Counted from the first letter of the stretch, positions 11,787 to 25,338 are shown. The stretch is 64,000 nucleotides of DNA from Eledone cirrhosa (GCA_964016885.1 OZ024745.1:19468001-19532000); one strand, 5' to 3'. Numbers and translations: made by a program. Notes: generated by a model from the letters alone, not told the origin.

Positions 11787-11917
11787 TAGAAGTGGTTACA
11801 CAACAGTTAGTTCACTATACCGAGAACAATTGTTTCACCTTAGCGGATTATGAGCTGAGGATCTGCTAAGATGGAATAATTGTTCTCGGTATGGTGAAGT
11901 TACTGTTGTGTAACCAC

Positions 11918-11922
<5 letters not shown>
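11787..11922. mobile_element. Palindromic PLE-terminus derivative with HHR motif
   Basis: Arms 11787-11848 and 11861-11922; nearly identical to the PLE 3' end at 43834-43903; ends in (TA)n. Confidence 0.8.
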
Positions 11923-11967
<45 letters not shown>

Positions 11968-12030
11968 TAAAACAGAAAACAAAAACAAAGCGAAGAGTGC
12001 AGTGCAAAGTGTTAGTTTTAGGCTCAAGCT

Positions 12031-12065
<35 letters not shown>

Positions 12066-12068
<3 letters not shown>

Positions 12069-12143
12069 GGTGTTCCAAAAAATGTATATACATATTCATT
12101 AGAATGCTATTGAGGTGTGTATAGATTTTTTGGGGACACCCCG
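12066..12143. mobile_element. ~80-bp Tc1/mariner-type MITE
   Basis: TA-flanked cagggtgttccaaaaaatgtatac...gtatagattttttggggacaccccg. Confidence 0.75.
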
Positions 12144-12164
12144 TATCTATCTATATATATATAT

Positions 12165-12570
12165 ATTATAAAATAACAGGAGGCTGGACTGGTGTAATTC
12201 CTTAAAGGTTTATTATACTATGAACTTTTCAATGATCGGGTTCAGTATAAATCCGGTGACATCATCAGGTATTCCGAAATTTAACAAAGGAATATAATAG
12301 ACACAATCCAAGGGGCTGAAAAGCAGAAAGAAAGATGCCCAAGACGAGAAGGTGGCCAAAAATTAGCAGTTGCTAGTCCGGGTGGCAAATTTTTGGCCGC
12401 CTTCTCGTCTTGGGCATGTCTCTCTCTGCTTTTCAGCCCCTTGGATTGTGCCTATTATATTCCTTTGTTAAATTTCGGAATACCTGATGATGTCACCGGA
12501 TTCATACTGAACGCGGTCATTGAAATGTTCATAGTATAATAAACCTTTAAGCCTTCTGTTATTTTATAAT
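12165..12570. mobile_element. ~400-bp palindrome with a degenerate HHR motif in each arm (PLE-like inverted insertion)
   Basis: Arms ~12165-12364 and ~12388-12570. CTGATGA at 12484-12490 and GAAA at 12522-12525, mirrored on the minus strand, followed by AATAAA. Confidence 0.8.
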
Positions 12571-12710
12571 AATTAACTCCGTACTCGCACCACCAACAAC
12601 ACAAACGAAGACGGGTGGGTTGCATTACGTTGAGTGCTCTCCCTAATATTACATCAAGGTTGACCACACGGAATGAACAGTTCTATCCAGTGGTGAACCA
12701 ACAAACCTAA

Positions 12711-12754
<44 letters not shown>

Positions 12755-13299
12755 GTGTGTGTGTGTGTGTCAGTGTGTGTTAGCCATACTCTACTATCCC
12801 AAGTATCGAGTACTCTGTTAAGTAATCATCTAACTAGTTTAAAACTGGTTCTATCCATATATATATATATATATATATATACAAACGTACATACATATAT
12901 GTATGTGCATGCATTGATACACACACATATAGATATAGATATATGCGTGTGTATGCATGTATGCATGTGTGCCTCTATGAGTGTGTGTGCGCCTTTATGT
13001 ATGCATGTGTGTATATGTTTGCATGTGTGTGCGTGTGAGATCGTATACTATAATTTCACACAACAGATTCTCTTTTGTTTGTTTCCTTGTTATCTTGTGA
13101 TGTCACAGGATGTTATGGAGGGACTGGAATATTTCTTAGATATGTGGTTAACAAGTTTCATAGGAATGAGCTGACATTCACTCTAGGGATAGGTTAATAA
13201 TAAATAAGACGTCTTCATTGCAGCCTGATTTCAGGATTTCAGGCCGCTTTTGTAGCTTTACAAATATCCACATCAGTTGCTTTCTCATATACACATATA

Positions 13300-14005
13300 T
13301 ATATATACATAAATGGCAATTTCTGTCTGTTTGTTTGTGAACCTAAAACTCAAAAACTACCAAACAGATCTTGATGAAACTTGACACGTATGGGGGCTCA
13401 TGCCCATTTGATTTCTTAAGTATATCTCATTTTAATCAAAGGGTTCCCGGGGGTTCAAACACTCGCTTAATTTTATCCCTTCGATTTACATGAAATGTAA
13501 ACCATAGGTAAATGACAAGATATGATGCCTATTCACAAAATTTCAGCAAATTTCAATATTATTAAGATACCCTAATGGGGATTAAACCCCCTATAGTGAA
13601 AATGTTGGCCAATAAATGACAAGATATGATGCCTATTCACAAAATTTCAGCAAATTTCAATATTATTAAGATACCCTAATGGGGATTAAACCCCCTATAG
13701 TGAAAATGTTGGCCAATAAATGACAAGATATGATGCCTATTCACAAAATTTCAGCAATGAAACCCCCTAATGGGGTTTCTATTTTTTTCCTTATAGCAAC
13801 ACTCAACTTCTCTGACAAACATTTTTTCACCTGACCAATGCAATCAACAATATTTGTTCGTATTATTGTTTCGTAAATGAATTTGTCTTCACTTTTGGTT
13901 ATCTGTCCTATATTTTGATTTCATTTTTGATCTGAGAGGCATTGGGCATTTTAATGGGAACTGGGAATACCCCCGCTCCTGGGTATTAACGGGTACCTCA
14001 GCTAG
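13300..14005 (+). mobile_element. Non-autonomous Helitron-like element with internal 104-bp tandem repeat
   Basis: 5' ctgtctgtttgtttg motif; 3' GC-rich stretch then CTAG|T at 14002-14006; repeat units start at 13510, 13614 and 13718. 5' boundary approximate. Confidence 0.7.
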
Positions 14006-14095
14006 TATATAAATATATATATGTTTTATGTGTTAGGTAATTCCGAAGGAAAAGTAAAGGAAAAAAGAGTGCTCTATGTATAGAACAGAGCTATT

Positions 14096-14261
14096 TAATT
14101 AGAAAGTGAACAACACAAAATATAACTACTCCATTACCAAAGGTTTCTGTTGTTATCTTATAACATCTCTGTCTGACGACCGATCCAGACGTATATTATT
14201 ATTGTCTGGGATCCAGAAACCTTTGGTAATGGAGTAGTTATATTTTGTGTTGTTCACTTTC

Positions 14262-14267
<6 letters not shown>
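14096..14267. mobile_element. Palindromic element (54-bp perfect arms) containing an HHR
   Basis: Arms 14096-14149 and 14214-14267. CTGACGA 14173-14179, stem II gatccagac/gtctgggatc, GAAA-CC-ttt-GG-TA; ends in (TA)n. Confidence 0.8.
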
Positions 14268-14338
<71 letters not shown>

Positions 14339-14984
14339 TTATTTATTAAAATAACAGATATATATATATACAGACATGAGAATATCTTGGTCAGCCTATG
14401 AAGGAGTGATGCTAGAGCTGTGAAATCTTGCTTGCATTAATTTCAACTCTTCTTATTAACAACTGCATTGTTACTTTCCAGGTACTATGTTGAGAAATAA
14501 ACCTCATTTGGTCATTCCATGAGAGTATCTTGGTCAGCTTATGAACCTTTTATCCTATGAACGTTTTAGCCGACCTTTTTAAATATTGAAACTTTTGCTC
14601 TATGATGCAGTTAACAGATTGGTGACATTTTCTCAGTTGATTTAAATTTTATATTCTAAGTATTTTGCTTGGCGTCACAATGTAACGAAGTACTCTGCGG
14701 ATATCTTATGTAATTCTATAGCTTAAATTCGAGTGGTTGACGTATTAAAACAACTTCTTGTGCTGTTTTTGTTTTCATTATTCCCTATAAAGTTCTCAGT
14801 TCTTATTGCTGGTGGTGGACGTCAAAGCATATATCTTGAGGCAAATAAGGCCAGTGTTATGGCAGTTGTCCCCTATATATGTGTATAGAATTATCTAGGT
14901 AGTTACAACAGAGTGAAACAGTAAATGATTGTATTGAGAAGATAAATTTAACAATGACCTATCGATAACCATTTATCAGCTATT

Positions 14985-15165
14985 GGTGGATTGGCAGTAT
15001 CGGTAGAGAGTCGGAGGCCATGCTTTCCAGCATAGTTACGTCCCTTTACGGTCTGAGTTCAAATCCCGTCGAGGTTAACTTTGCCTTTCATCCTTACGGG
15101 GGTCGATAAAATAAAGTACCAGTAATGTACTGGGTAATTGCTGGCCTTGTGCCAAAAGTAGAAAC
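14985..15165 (+). mobile_element. tRNA-derived SINE family A, full length
   Basis: A box tggcagtatcgg, B box gagttcaaatcc, body ctttgcctttcatccttacggggtcgataaaataaagtaccag, tail gtagaaac. Confidence 0.88.
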
Positions 15166-15189
15166 GCGCGTGTGTATGTAATAAATGTG

Positions 15190-15370
15190 TGTGATGTAGT
15201 GGTTAGAGAGTCTGATTCATAATCGTGAGGTTATGTGTTCGATTCCCAGGTCAGGCGATGCTTTATGTCCTTGAGCAAGACATTTTATTTCACGTTACTC
15301 CTTCTACCAGGAGTTGCGACCGGTAGATAGTATAAGCAATGGAAAGACCAGCGGAAACATTGTTTGTTCC
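15190..15370 (+). mobile_element. CORE-like SINE family B (cttctacc...ggaaagacc tail variant)
   Basis: A and B boxes plus tccttgagcaagaca core; tail shared with 26445-26630(-) and 54466-54630. Confidence 0.75.
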
Positions 15371-16489
15371 ACCCAACACGTTAATCAAATCAGGTCTGGG
15401 ATCTTATCGTATTAAAAAAAACTGTGGTCCACTGATTACTGAAGTGGAACCACAAATAGAAGTGGTAGGTATGACTATATGAGTCAGTGTGTGTAGGAAT
15501 GTTGTGTTTGTTGAGAGAAGAACGACTGTGAACTCACTCAAAGGTAACCGGACTGTCCGATAATGCTCAACTAAGATTACATTGATCTGTGAGTGGAAGG
15601 AAGTATTGTATTTTCAATTCCCTCAATAAAAGATAAACATTTGTACTTTAATTTATTTAAATGAACGTAAAATGAAATGTGGTGACTGTGAGAGAAAGTC
15701 ACTGAAAATCGAATTTAACTAATTTGCCGGAAGTGGAGAGTGGAGTGGGATTTGGACGGAGAACACACAGAGCTGGACCAGATACTACAAAGCAGAACGT
15801 CTCGTGAACAACTCTATCGATCCAGGAAAGGCAAGTGTTTACCTCAAAGTGATTTTAACTTAGAGCTCAGCGATTTGGAGCTTATGAACACTGAGTAATT
15901 TAGTCTGATATCTTACTGACTCAGTCTATTTCACCGGTTTGGTGGAGAGAGGAGAGGGAGAGAGAGAGAGGGGAGGGAGAGAGAGTGGAAGGGGAGAAAG
16001 AAACGGGGGAGAGAAATAGAAGGAAGAGAGAGAGACGGGGGATAGAGAGAGAGAAATGGATAGAGCGATATAAGTGGCGAGAGATACAGATAGACAGACA
16101 GAGGGGGAGAGAGGGGGAAGGGGAGAGAGAATGGGCTAGTGAAAGACATACAGACAGGGAGGAAGAGAGATAAATATACAGATAGACAGAAAGAAGGAGG
16201 GGAGAGAGAAGATGAGAGTGAGAGACATACAGACAGAGAGAAGGAGAGAGAGGGAGAGAGAGAGAGAGACAGACAGATAAATAGACAGATAGACAGAGAG
16301 GAGGAGGGAGGGGAGAGCATTATTACATCTGACCTAGGGAGGTCAGAAAAGAAGAACAAAAGAAACGACTAAAACAGAAGTGAAAGAAAAACATTAATAA
16401 GTTGTTTGTGGCGTCAGTACGTGAATGTGTGATACATATTAGATTAGATGTTGTCTTCCTGTTTCTTCTACAACAACTACAACGATGGG

Positions 16490-16690
16490 GCCCACCCACA
16501 GCCCCGGCCGACAGAATGGAGAAGGCGTTTCCCCGGAGGACGGCGAGGGAGACACGCTGGAAGAGACACTCCAACTCGCGGGGCTCACACCTGCGGCTGG
16601 CCAGCTCAGCACCTATGGTGGTGAGTAAGGAGGTAGCCCTGGGGCCGAGGACACCAGAAGTCTCCACTACCAGGGGTACAACAGACATTC
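16490..16690 (-). pseudogene. 3' fragment of a CRE-clade non-LTR retrotransposon (restriction-like endonuclease C-terminus)
   Basis: VPLVVETSGVLGPRA...LFQRVSLAVLRGNA, typical of CRE-type RLE domains. Confidence 0.75.
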
Positions 16691-17429
16691 ATGTTGATTG
16701 GCTGTCAACTGGAATAATAACAGCAATTCAATAAACCGGAAGTAAGGACAGAAACAGGTTTGGTTGACCGGAAGCTAGTCCCCAATCTATACACAATTGT
16801 CTCTGACATGGTTTTACAAACATTTTTCATGTTTACCAAATAGTTTGATATGGAGTATATCATGTTTACATACAGTTTAATAGAAAAAGAAAAAAAAAGA
16901 ATTTAGATTGAGGAGAAAGAATAGAATGTAAAATAGGAAAATATAAAGAAAAAAAGAGAAAAAACGAAAAAGGGATGACACTCGTGGTTCAACAGTGTGT
17001 CATGTGATGTACTCCTGTGTACAGTCAGCTGTCGGGTCTATAACTAGATCTGGAAACCAAAGAGAGTACTATACTGTCTTTAATTTGCTAATCTGTGGAC
17101 CCTTGTACTTCCGAGGAAAGTGATGAAAGAATTACGTCCGAGACACCAAACGTTTTTCTCTCTTTCATCCAAAGCGTGAAACTAATATGGCTACTTGTTT
17201 TTGTATCTCTGCGTTTGTCATTTTTTAAATCATATGTGTGTGTGAATGTGTATGTGTGAATGTGTATGTGTGTATGCATGTGTATATCGATGTGTGTATG
17301 TGTGTATATGTGTGTTTGTGTATGTATGTATATATGTATATGTGTATGTGTTTATCCTCTCTTGGTTACGACTGAGCAGTTATAGACATGGTTGATTGCT
17401 TCTACATAATGTTCACACATTCCGCAGAT

Positions 17430-17561
<132 letters not shown>

Positions 17562-18044
17562 GAAAACGAACAATCAGTGATGCATCGGAACACAATTTAT
17601 TATATATTACAATTGTTTCTCCGGTGAACAGCTCGAGGTGCGGTCTGCTTGTGGATCGAACCTGACTCTGGATTCGCAAGTTCCTCAGATACGTCTAGGG
17701 ATTTCGAAGCAAATCCTCTTTCTGCTGGACTCCAACCTTTCGAATTTCTATCATCTGCCATCATCCTGTTTGCGCGGTAATCCGATTGGTTGATAGTTCG
17801 AGACGTCATCTTTGTGTATGACCATTAATATTATCATACTCTGCTCCGAAGGATACCAGCATACCGCCTATAGACGCATCCAAGCAACGTTACTACAAAT
17901 ATATATATATATGAAGCGAAATCCTATTTCTTTTCTATTATATGCAGCTACATATGCAAATGAGATTAATCACCTCATTTACACAGACGAGAAAACCATA
18001 TATTCTCGCCTGTTTTCAAGTCCAGCAGTCGCAGAGCAGTAGAA

Positions 18045-18097
18045 GGGACCGTCCTGACGATGGCCAGTCAAGCCTGAAATGCATAGACGGTTGTCCC
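18045..18097 (+). ncRNA. Minimal type I hammerhead ribozyme motif
   Basis: ccgtc-CTGACGA(18054-18060)-tggc cagtcaa gcct-GAAA(18076-18079)-TgcATA-gacgg; stem I extends as gggac/gtccc. Confidence 0.7.
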
Positions 18098-18248
18098 CCT
18101 TGCTTCTGCTGGACAACACCAGGGGCGTTAGCCCCCCACCCCACCCCCCGGTGTTCGCATAGCTACGGCTTCCAAAAATCATATTTCTTTCGAAATAAGA
18201 AATTTCTATTCACATTGTATAAAGCTATGCTTGAAGCGAAATTCTATT

Positions 18249-18286
<38 letters not shown>

Positions 18287-18294
<8 letters not shown>

Positions 18295-19030
18295 CGTAAG
18301 ATAAGAAAATTATAAAATTATAAAAAAATTATAAAATTGACTTACTTACTAAAATATCACTTCCAACTAATTAGTTTCTGGAATGGAGTAAATATATTTT
18401 CCGAAGAATATATGGAAAAGCATTCCGTCGTCAGGAAAGTCTCTTTTCATGTAAGTTTCCAGGCATAGCGAGGACTCTGGAAACTTATTTAAAAAATATA
18501 ATTCACTGGAAAGGAAATAGCGAAGCGTGGACTGAAATCCCAGCCATTGAGAAAATCACTGCCTCTACGTCTGTGGCAAATTCAAAAAGAATCAATCACG
18601 TGACATCGAGGTCAATCAGTGGAAAGCGAGTTGTTAATAAGACAGCGGCCTGCCTACTACTATAGCAGCAGTCATGGCCAATATTGCTCGACAAATGAAT
18701 TGGAGATAATTATAAAGAATTTATATCTAGTAACATTTATATACATACAGATGCATATCAATGCTAGCAAATATATAGGTTTTGTCTTAGTAACATTGTG
18801 GTTCAATGCATGGGGTTGCAGAACAATAATATGAGAGACGTAAGATAAGAAAATTATAAAATTATAAAAAAATTATAAAATTGACTTACTTACTAAAATA
18901 TCACTTCCAACTAATTAGTTTCTGGAATGGAGTAAATATATTTTCCGAAGAATATATAGAAAAGCATTCCTATATATTTGCTAGCATTGATATGCATCTG
19001 TATGTATATAAATGTTACTAGATATAAATT

Positions 19031-19037
<7 letters not shown>
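18287..19037 (-). mobile_element. Non-autonomous PLE-like unit: 140-bp direct repeats, 69-bp inverted segment and HHR
   Basis: Direct repeats 18287-18426 / 18831-18970 (544 offset); inverted repeats 18711-18779 / 18969-19037; minus-strand HHR 18360-18439; (TA)n on both flanks. Confidence 0.8.
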
Positions 19038-19083
<46 letters not shown>

Positions 19084-19309
19084 AATTATCCCCTGTAATT
19101 GTTTTATATATATATATATGTCATTCGACATTTAATTATATATATATATATACTAATTATTACCTCCTTGCTATTCTGCTTCATTCCATGCCTTTGCTAG
19201 TTTCTAGTACCGCAATCAAAACTACTTCTGCACCAGCTTTTAGGGTGGTTATTTCTGTTTCTCTCAGTAAGATTTTTACTGTTATCCAAATGCAACGCCC
19301 CTCCCCTTC

Positions 19310-22300
19310 CACGTCACCAACACCAACACCACTACCACCACCACAACTACTACCACAACCATCACCAGTTCCACTATCAGCACTAGCAAACATCTGCAGC
19401 ACCAACACCACTATTACTACAACCAACACCACCACCATTACTACAACCAACACCACCACCACTACCACCACCAACACCGCCATTACTACAACCAACACCA
19501 CCACCACCAACACCACCATTACTACAACCAACACCACCACCACTACCACCACCAACACCACCATTACTACAACCAACACCACCACCACCAACACCACCAT
19601 TGCTACAACCAACACCACCACCACCACCACCAACACCACCATTACTACAACCAACACCACCACCACCACCACCAACACCACCATTACTACAACCAACACC
19701 ACCACCACCACCACCACCGACACCACCATTACTACAACCAACACCACCACCAACACCACCACCATTACTACAACCAACACCACCACCACGACCACCACCA
19801 ACACCACCATTACTACAACCAACACCACCACCACCACCACCAACACCACCATTACTACAAGCAACACCACCACCACCACCACCAACACCACCATTACTAC
19901 AACCAACACCACCACCACCAACAACAACAACAACACCACCACCACCAACACCACCATTACTACAACCAACACCACCACCACCACCACCACCACCAACACC
20001 ACCACCACCACCACCACCCTCACCACCATTACTACAACCAACACCACCACCACCACCACCACCAACACCACCACCACCACCAACACCAACACCACCACCA
20101 ACACCACCACCAACACCACCACCACCACCACCACCACTAACACCACCACTAACACCACCACCAACACCACCACCACCAACACCACCACCAACACCACCAC
20201 CACCACCACCAACACCACCACCGACACCACCACCGACACCACCACCACCACCACCACCACCACCACTAACACCACCACTAACACCACCACTAACACCACC
20301 ACCACCACCAACAACACCACCACCACCACCACCACCACCAACACCACCACCACCAACACCACCACCAACACCACCACCACCACCACCAACACCACCACCA
20401 CCACCACCACCACCACCACCAACACCACCACCACCACCACCACTAACACCACCACCAACACCACCACCAACACCACCAACACCACCACCAACACCACCAA
20501 CACCACCACCAACACCACCACCAACACCACCACCACCACCACCACCACCACCACCACCACCACCACCACCAACACCACCACCAACACCAACCCACCCACC
20601 ACCACCACCACCACCACCACCACCAACACCACCACCAACACCACCAACACCACCACCAACACCACCAACACCACCACCACCACCACCACACCACCACCAC
20701 CACCCACCACCACCACCAACACCACCACCAACACCAACACCACCACCACCACCACCACCACCACTAACACCACCACCAACACCACCACCACCACCACCAC
20801 CACTAACACCACCACTAACACCACCACTAACACCACCACCACCACCACCAACAACACCACCACCACCACCACCACCACCAACACCACCACCACCAACACC
20901 ACCACCAACACCACCACCACCACCACCAACAACACCACCACCACCACCACCACCACCACCACCACCACCACCAACACCACCACCACCAACACCACCACCA
21001 ACACCACCACCACCACCACCAACAACACCCCCACCAACACCACCACCAACACCACCACCACCACCACCAACACCACCACCAACAACACCACCACCAACAC
21101 CACCACCAACACCACCACCACCACCACCACCGACAACACCACCACCACCACCACCACCACCACCAACACCACCACCACCAACACCACCACCAACAACACC
21201 ACCACCAACACCACCACCAACACCACCACCACCAACACCACCAACACCACCACCACCACTAACACCACCACTAACACCACCACCAACACCACCACCAACA
21301 CCACCACCACCAACACCACCACCACCACCACCACCACCAACACCACCACCAACACCACCAACACCACCACCACCAACACCAACACCACCACCACCAACAC
21401 CACCACCAACACCACCACCACCAACACCACCACCAACACCACCACCACCAACACCACCACCAACACCACCAACACCACCACCACCACCACCAACACCACC
21501 ACCACCAACACCACCACCAACACCACCAACACCACCACCAACACCACCACCACCAACACCACCACCAACACCACCACCACCACCAAACACCACCACCACC
21601 AACACCACCACCAACACCACCAACACCACCACCACCACCAACACCACCACCACCAACACCACCACCAACACCACCAACACCACCACCACCAACACCACCA
21701 CCACCAACACCACCACCAACACCACCACCACCAACACCACCACCAACACCACCACCACCAACACCACCACCAACACCACCAACACCACCACCACCACCAC
21801 CAACACCACCACCACCAACACCACCACCAACACCACCACCACCACCACCAACACCACCACCAACACCACCACCAACACCACCACCACCAACACCACCACC
21901 AACACCACCAACACCACCACCACCACCACCAACACCACCAACACCACCACCAACACCACCAACACCACCACCAACACCACCACCACCAACACCACCACCA
22001 ACACCACCACCACCACCAACACCACCACCACCAACACCACCACCAACACCACCAACACCACCACCACCACCACCAACACCACTACCACCAACACCACCAC
22101 CAACACCACCAACACCACCACCACCACCACCACCACCACCACCACCACCACCAACACCAACACCACCACCACCACCACCAACACCACCACCACCACCACC
22201 AACACCACCACCACCAACACCACCACCAACACCACCACCACCACCACCAACACCACCACCAACACCACCACCAACACCACCACCACCAACACCACCACCA

Positions 22301-22673
22301 ACACCACCAACACCACCACCACCACCACCAACACCACCAACACCACCACCAACACCACCAACACCACCACCAACACCACCACCACCAACACCACCACCAA
22401 CACCACCACCACCACCAACACCACCACCACCAACACCACCACCAACACCACCAACACCACCACCACCACCACCAACACCACTACCACCAACACCACCACC
22501 AACACCACCAACACCACCACCACCACCACCACCACCACCACCACCACCACCAACACCAACACCACCACCACCACCACCAACACCACCACCACCACCACCA
22601 CCACCACCAACAACAACACCACCACCACCACCACCACCACCACCACCACCACCACCACTACTACAACCAACAA
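19310..22673. repeat. ~3.3-kb (ACC/AAC)n trinucleotide satellite
   Basis: Direct reading; stop-free frames give poly-T/P/H/V/G ORF artefacts. Confidence 0.95.
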
Positions 22674-22734
22674 CTCACACACGTTTACAAACACACATGG
22701 AATAAAACTAAACCAGACACTGACAGAGGCCGAC

Positions 22735-23590
22735 TACACATACATATATACACACACATACATACATATACACACACATACATATATATATATACACACA
22801 TAGACACACAAATATACACAGACATACACAGATACACAGATACACACAGACACACACATTCACACCCATACACACATTCACATACACACACATTGACACA
22901 TTGAAATACTGACCTTATCACACCAGCAGACACACACATATACAGACACACATATACATATACATACTTACACACAGACACACTGACACACACATACATA
23001 CACATACATATACATACATATACATACACACATGCATACACACAGACACACAGACATACATATACACACATACATACACAAAGATACACATTGACACACA
23101 CATACAGACACATATACACATTACCCATACATACAAACACACACAGACATACATATACATACACACACAATACATACGCAGGCCCATACAGACAGACACA
23201 CATATATACACACGGACACACACATACACACACGGATACACACATACACACACGGATACACACATACACACACGGGCACACACATACACACACGTGCACA
23301 CATATACACACACATATGCACACACATATACACACACGGACACACACATACACACATACACACACACATACACACATAGACAGAAACAAATACACACAGA
23401 GACACACATACACGCAGACAGATAAAAAGAAACACACACACACACACAGATAAAAAGTAACACACACACACACACACACACAGACAGATAAAAAGAAACA
23501 TACACACACACACACACAGATAAAAAGAAACACACACACACACACACACGCACGCACACAGTGAGAGAAAGAGAGAGAGAGAGAGACACT
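22735..23590. repeat. Degenerate (CA)n/(CATA)n field
   Basis: Direct reading. Confidence 0.85.
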
Positions 23591-23927
23591 AACATGCAAT
23601 TGTACATGTACTCAATCTATGGCGGACGTGATATTTTGTAATGGTCAGTTTGACGTAGGTGTATCATGTGATGTATTGTAGAATAAGATATTGTTGTTGG
23701 TGTTTAGCTCTGGTTTAGTCCTCTAACATACGCAGTGACCAGGGAGGAACAAATGTGGGCTTAAACTGAGCATTTGGTGCTGGACTACAATTTTGAAGAG
23801 GTATACTCATCTCATGAGGTCAACTTTGCCTTTGATCCTTTCGAGGTCGATAAAAAAAAAGGACCAGCCTAGTGTTGGGGTTGATTCGTCTTCTATATCT
23901 CTTTCTCACTTTTGATCCAGGTCATAT

Positions 23928-24145
23928 GGAGGCGCGTGGCCTAGTGGTAAGTGTGTTGGACTTCCGATCATGTCGTGTGTTCGATTCCTGGACTGGGTTA
24001 TGTGTTGTGTTCTTGCACAAAACACCTCATTGCACGTTTCTCCAATTCACCCAGCAAAGGACTGGTAGCCAGAGGAGGGGTGCCTTGTATTCTTTGTCGC
24101 TTAACTCCACAGAAACCTAGATAAGTATTGGTCTGATGAGCCTCC
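23928..24145 (+). mobile_element. CORE-like SINE family B
   Basis: ggaggcgcgtggcctagtggt head, gttcgattcc B box, CORE-like body. Confidence 0.72.
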
Positions 24146-24600
24146 TAGCTTTGGTGGTCTGTATCTAACCATCTAACCTTGGTCTATTACCTGTTTTGTT
24201 GGCCTATATTTCACATCTGTCACATTCCAGCCTTGGTGTTGGTGTTGTTGGCAACATGTTATATCTAGCACATACCTATTACCAGCTTAGGAAATAGGCC
24301 TGTTTCAGAGTCTATCACCTACTCTTATGTTAGGGTGTTGGCTATAATATCTAGCCTAGATTTATATTTAGAAAACCACATTTTACAATTGGCCTGTGTC
24401 TATCAACAATTTTGGGAGCCTTCATGTCATATAGGGTCTGGGTTTATTACCAAATTTGTACGGGTCTAGTTGTGACCATCACCCCTTTTCCTAAACACAA
24501 TACACCCAAGACTATATTCCCCAATCAGCCCTCCTTTTCTAACAAGATTTCATTCTGATAGTTTCTTTCTTAGGACATGTCGCAGATCGAATTCTCTTCT

Positions 24601-24801
24601 TGCTTTATTGACCACTGGTATTTGCTTTATTGACGACTACTATTTGCTTTATTGACCACTACTATTTGCTTTATTGACCACTACTATTTGCTTTATTGAC
24701 CACTACTATTTGCTTTATTGACCACTACTATTTGCTTTATTGACCACTACTATTTGCTTTATTGACCACTACTATTTGCTTTATTGACCACTACTATTTG
24801 C
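24601..24801. repeat. 22-bp minisatellite (tgctttattgaccactactatt), ~9 copies
   Basis: Direct periodicity. Confidence 0.92.
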
Positions 24802-24836
24802 AAAAGGTACATCAACGTCATCTTCTCTCTCCTTAA

Positions 24837-25220
24837 ATTATGTTCTCCCTGTCGTGTCCCTATCCCTTCTCGGTAACCCCTTGCATTTTAGGGGCTTTAT
24901 TACCTTGCTAGGGATTATGTCTTCCCTGTCGTGTCCTTATCCCTTCTCGGTAACCGCTTGCATTTTAAGGGCTTTATTACCTTGCTAGGGATTATGTTCT
25001 CCCTGTATTGTCCTCCCTTCTCGATAACCCCTTGCATTATAGGGGCTTTATTACCTTGCTAGGGATTATGTTCTCCTTGTCTTGTCTTTCTCCCCTTGTC
25101 AGTAACCCCTTGTATTTTAGGAGCTTTATTACCTTGCTAGGGATTATGTTCTCCCTGTCTTGTCCTCTCTCTTCTCGGTAACCCCTTGTATTTTAGGGGC
25201 TTTATTACCTTGCTAGGGAT
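24837..25220. repeat. ~76-bp tandem repeat, 5 copies
   Basis: Unit attatgttctccctgtc...ggctttattaccttgctaggg. Confidence 0.9.
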
Positions 25221-25266
25221 GAGCAAAAACAAATTCTGTAAGAGATTTGGGTGCTATTTCTAATAG

Positions 25267-25338
<72 letters not shown>

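Noticed and set aside
13090-13290. Possible host exon after a pyrimidine tract and cag
   Set aside because: No recognisable protein similarity or convincing donor; cannot be supported.
14985-15075. tRNA genes at A/B-box motifs
   Set aside because: Always attached to SINE bodies, imperfect cloverleaf; these are SINE heads.
18978-22904. 1308-aa Thr/His-rich ORF and overlapping Pro/Val/Gly ORFs (mucin- or extensin-like)
   Set aside because: Pure (ACC/AAC)n repeat open in nearly all frames, frame-shifting mid-array, with an N-terminus running through (TA)n; no codon diversity.
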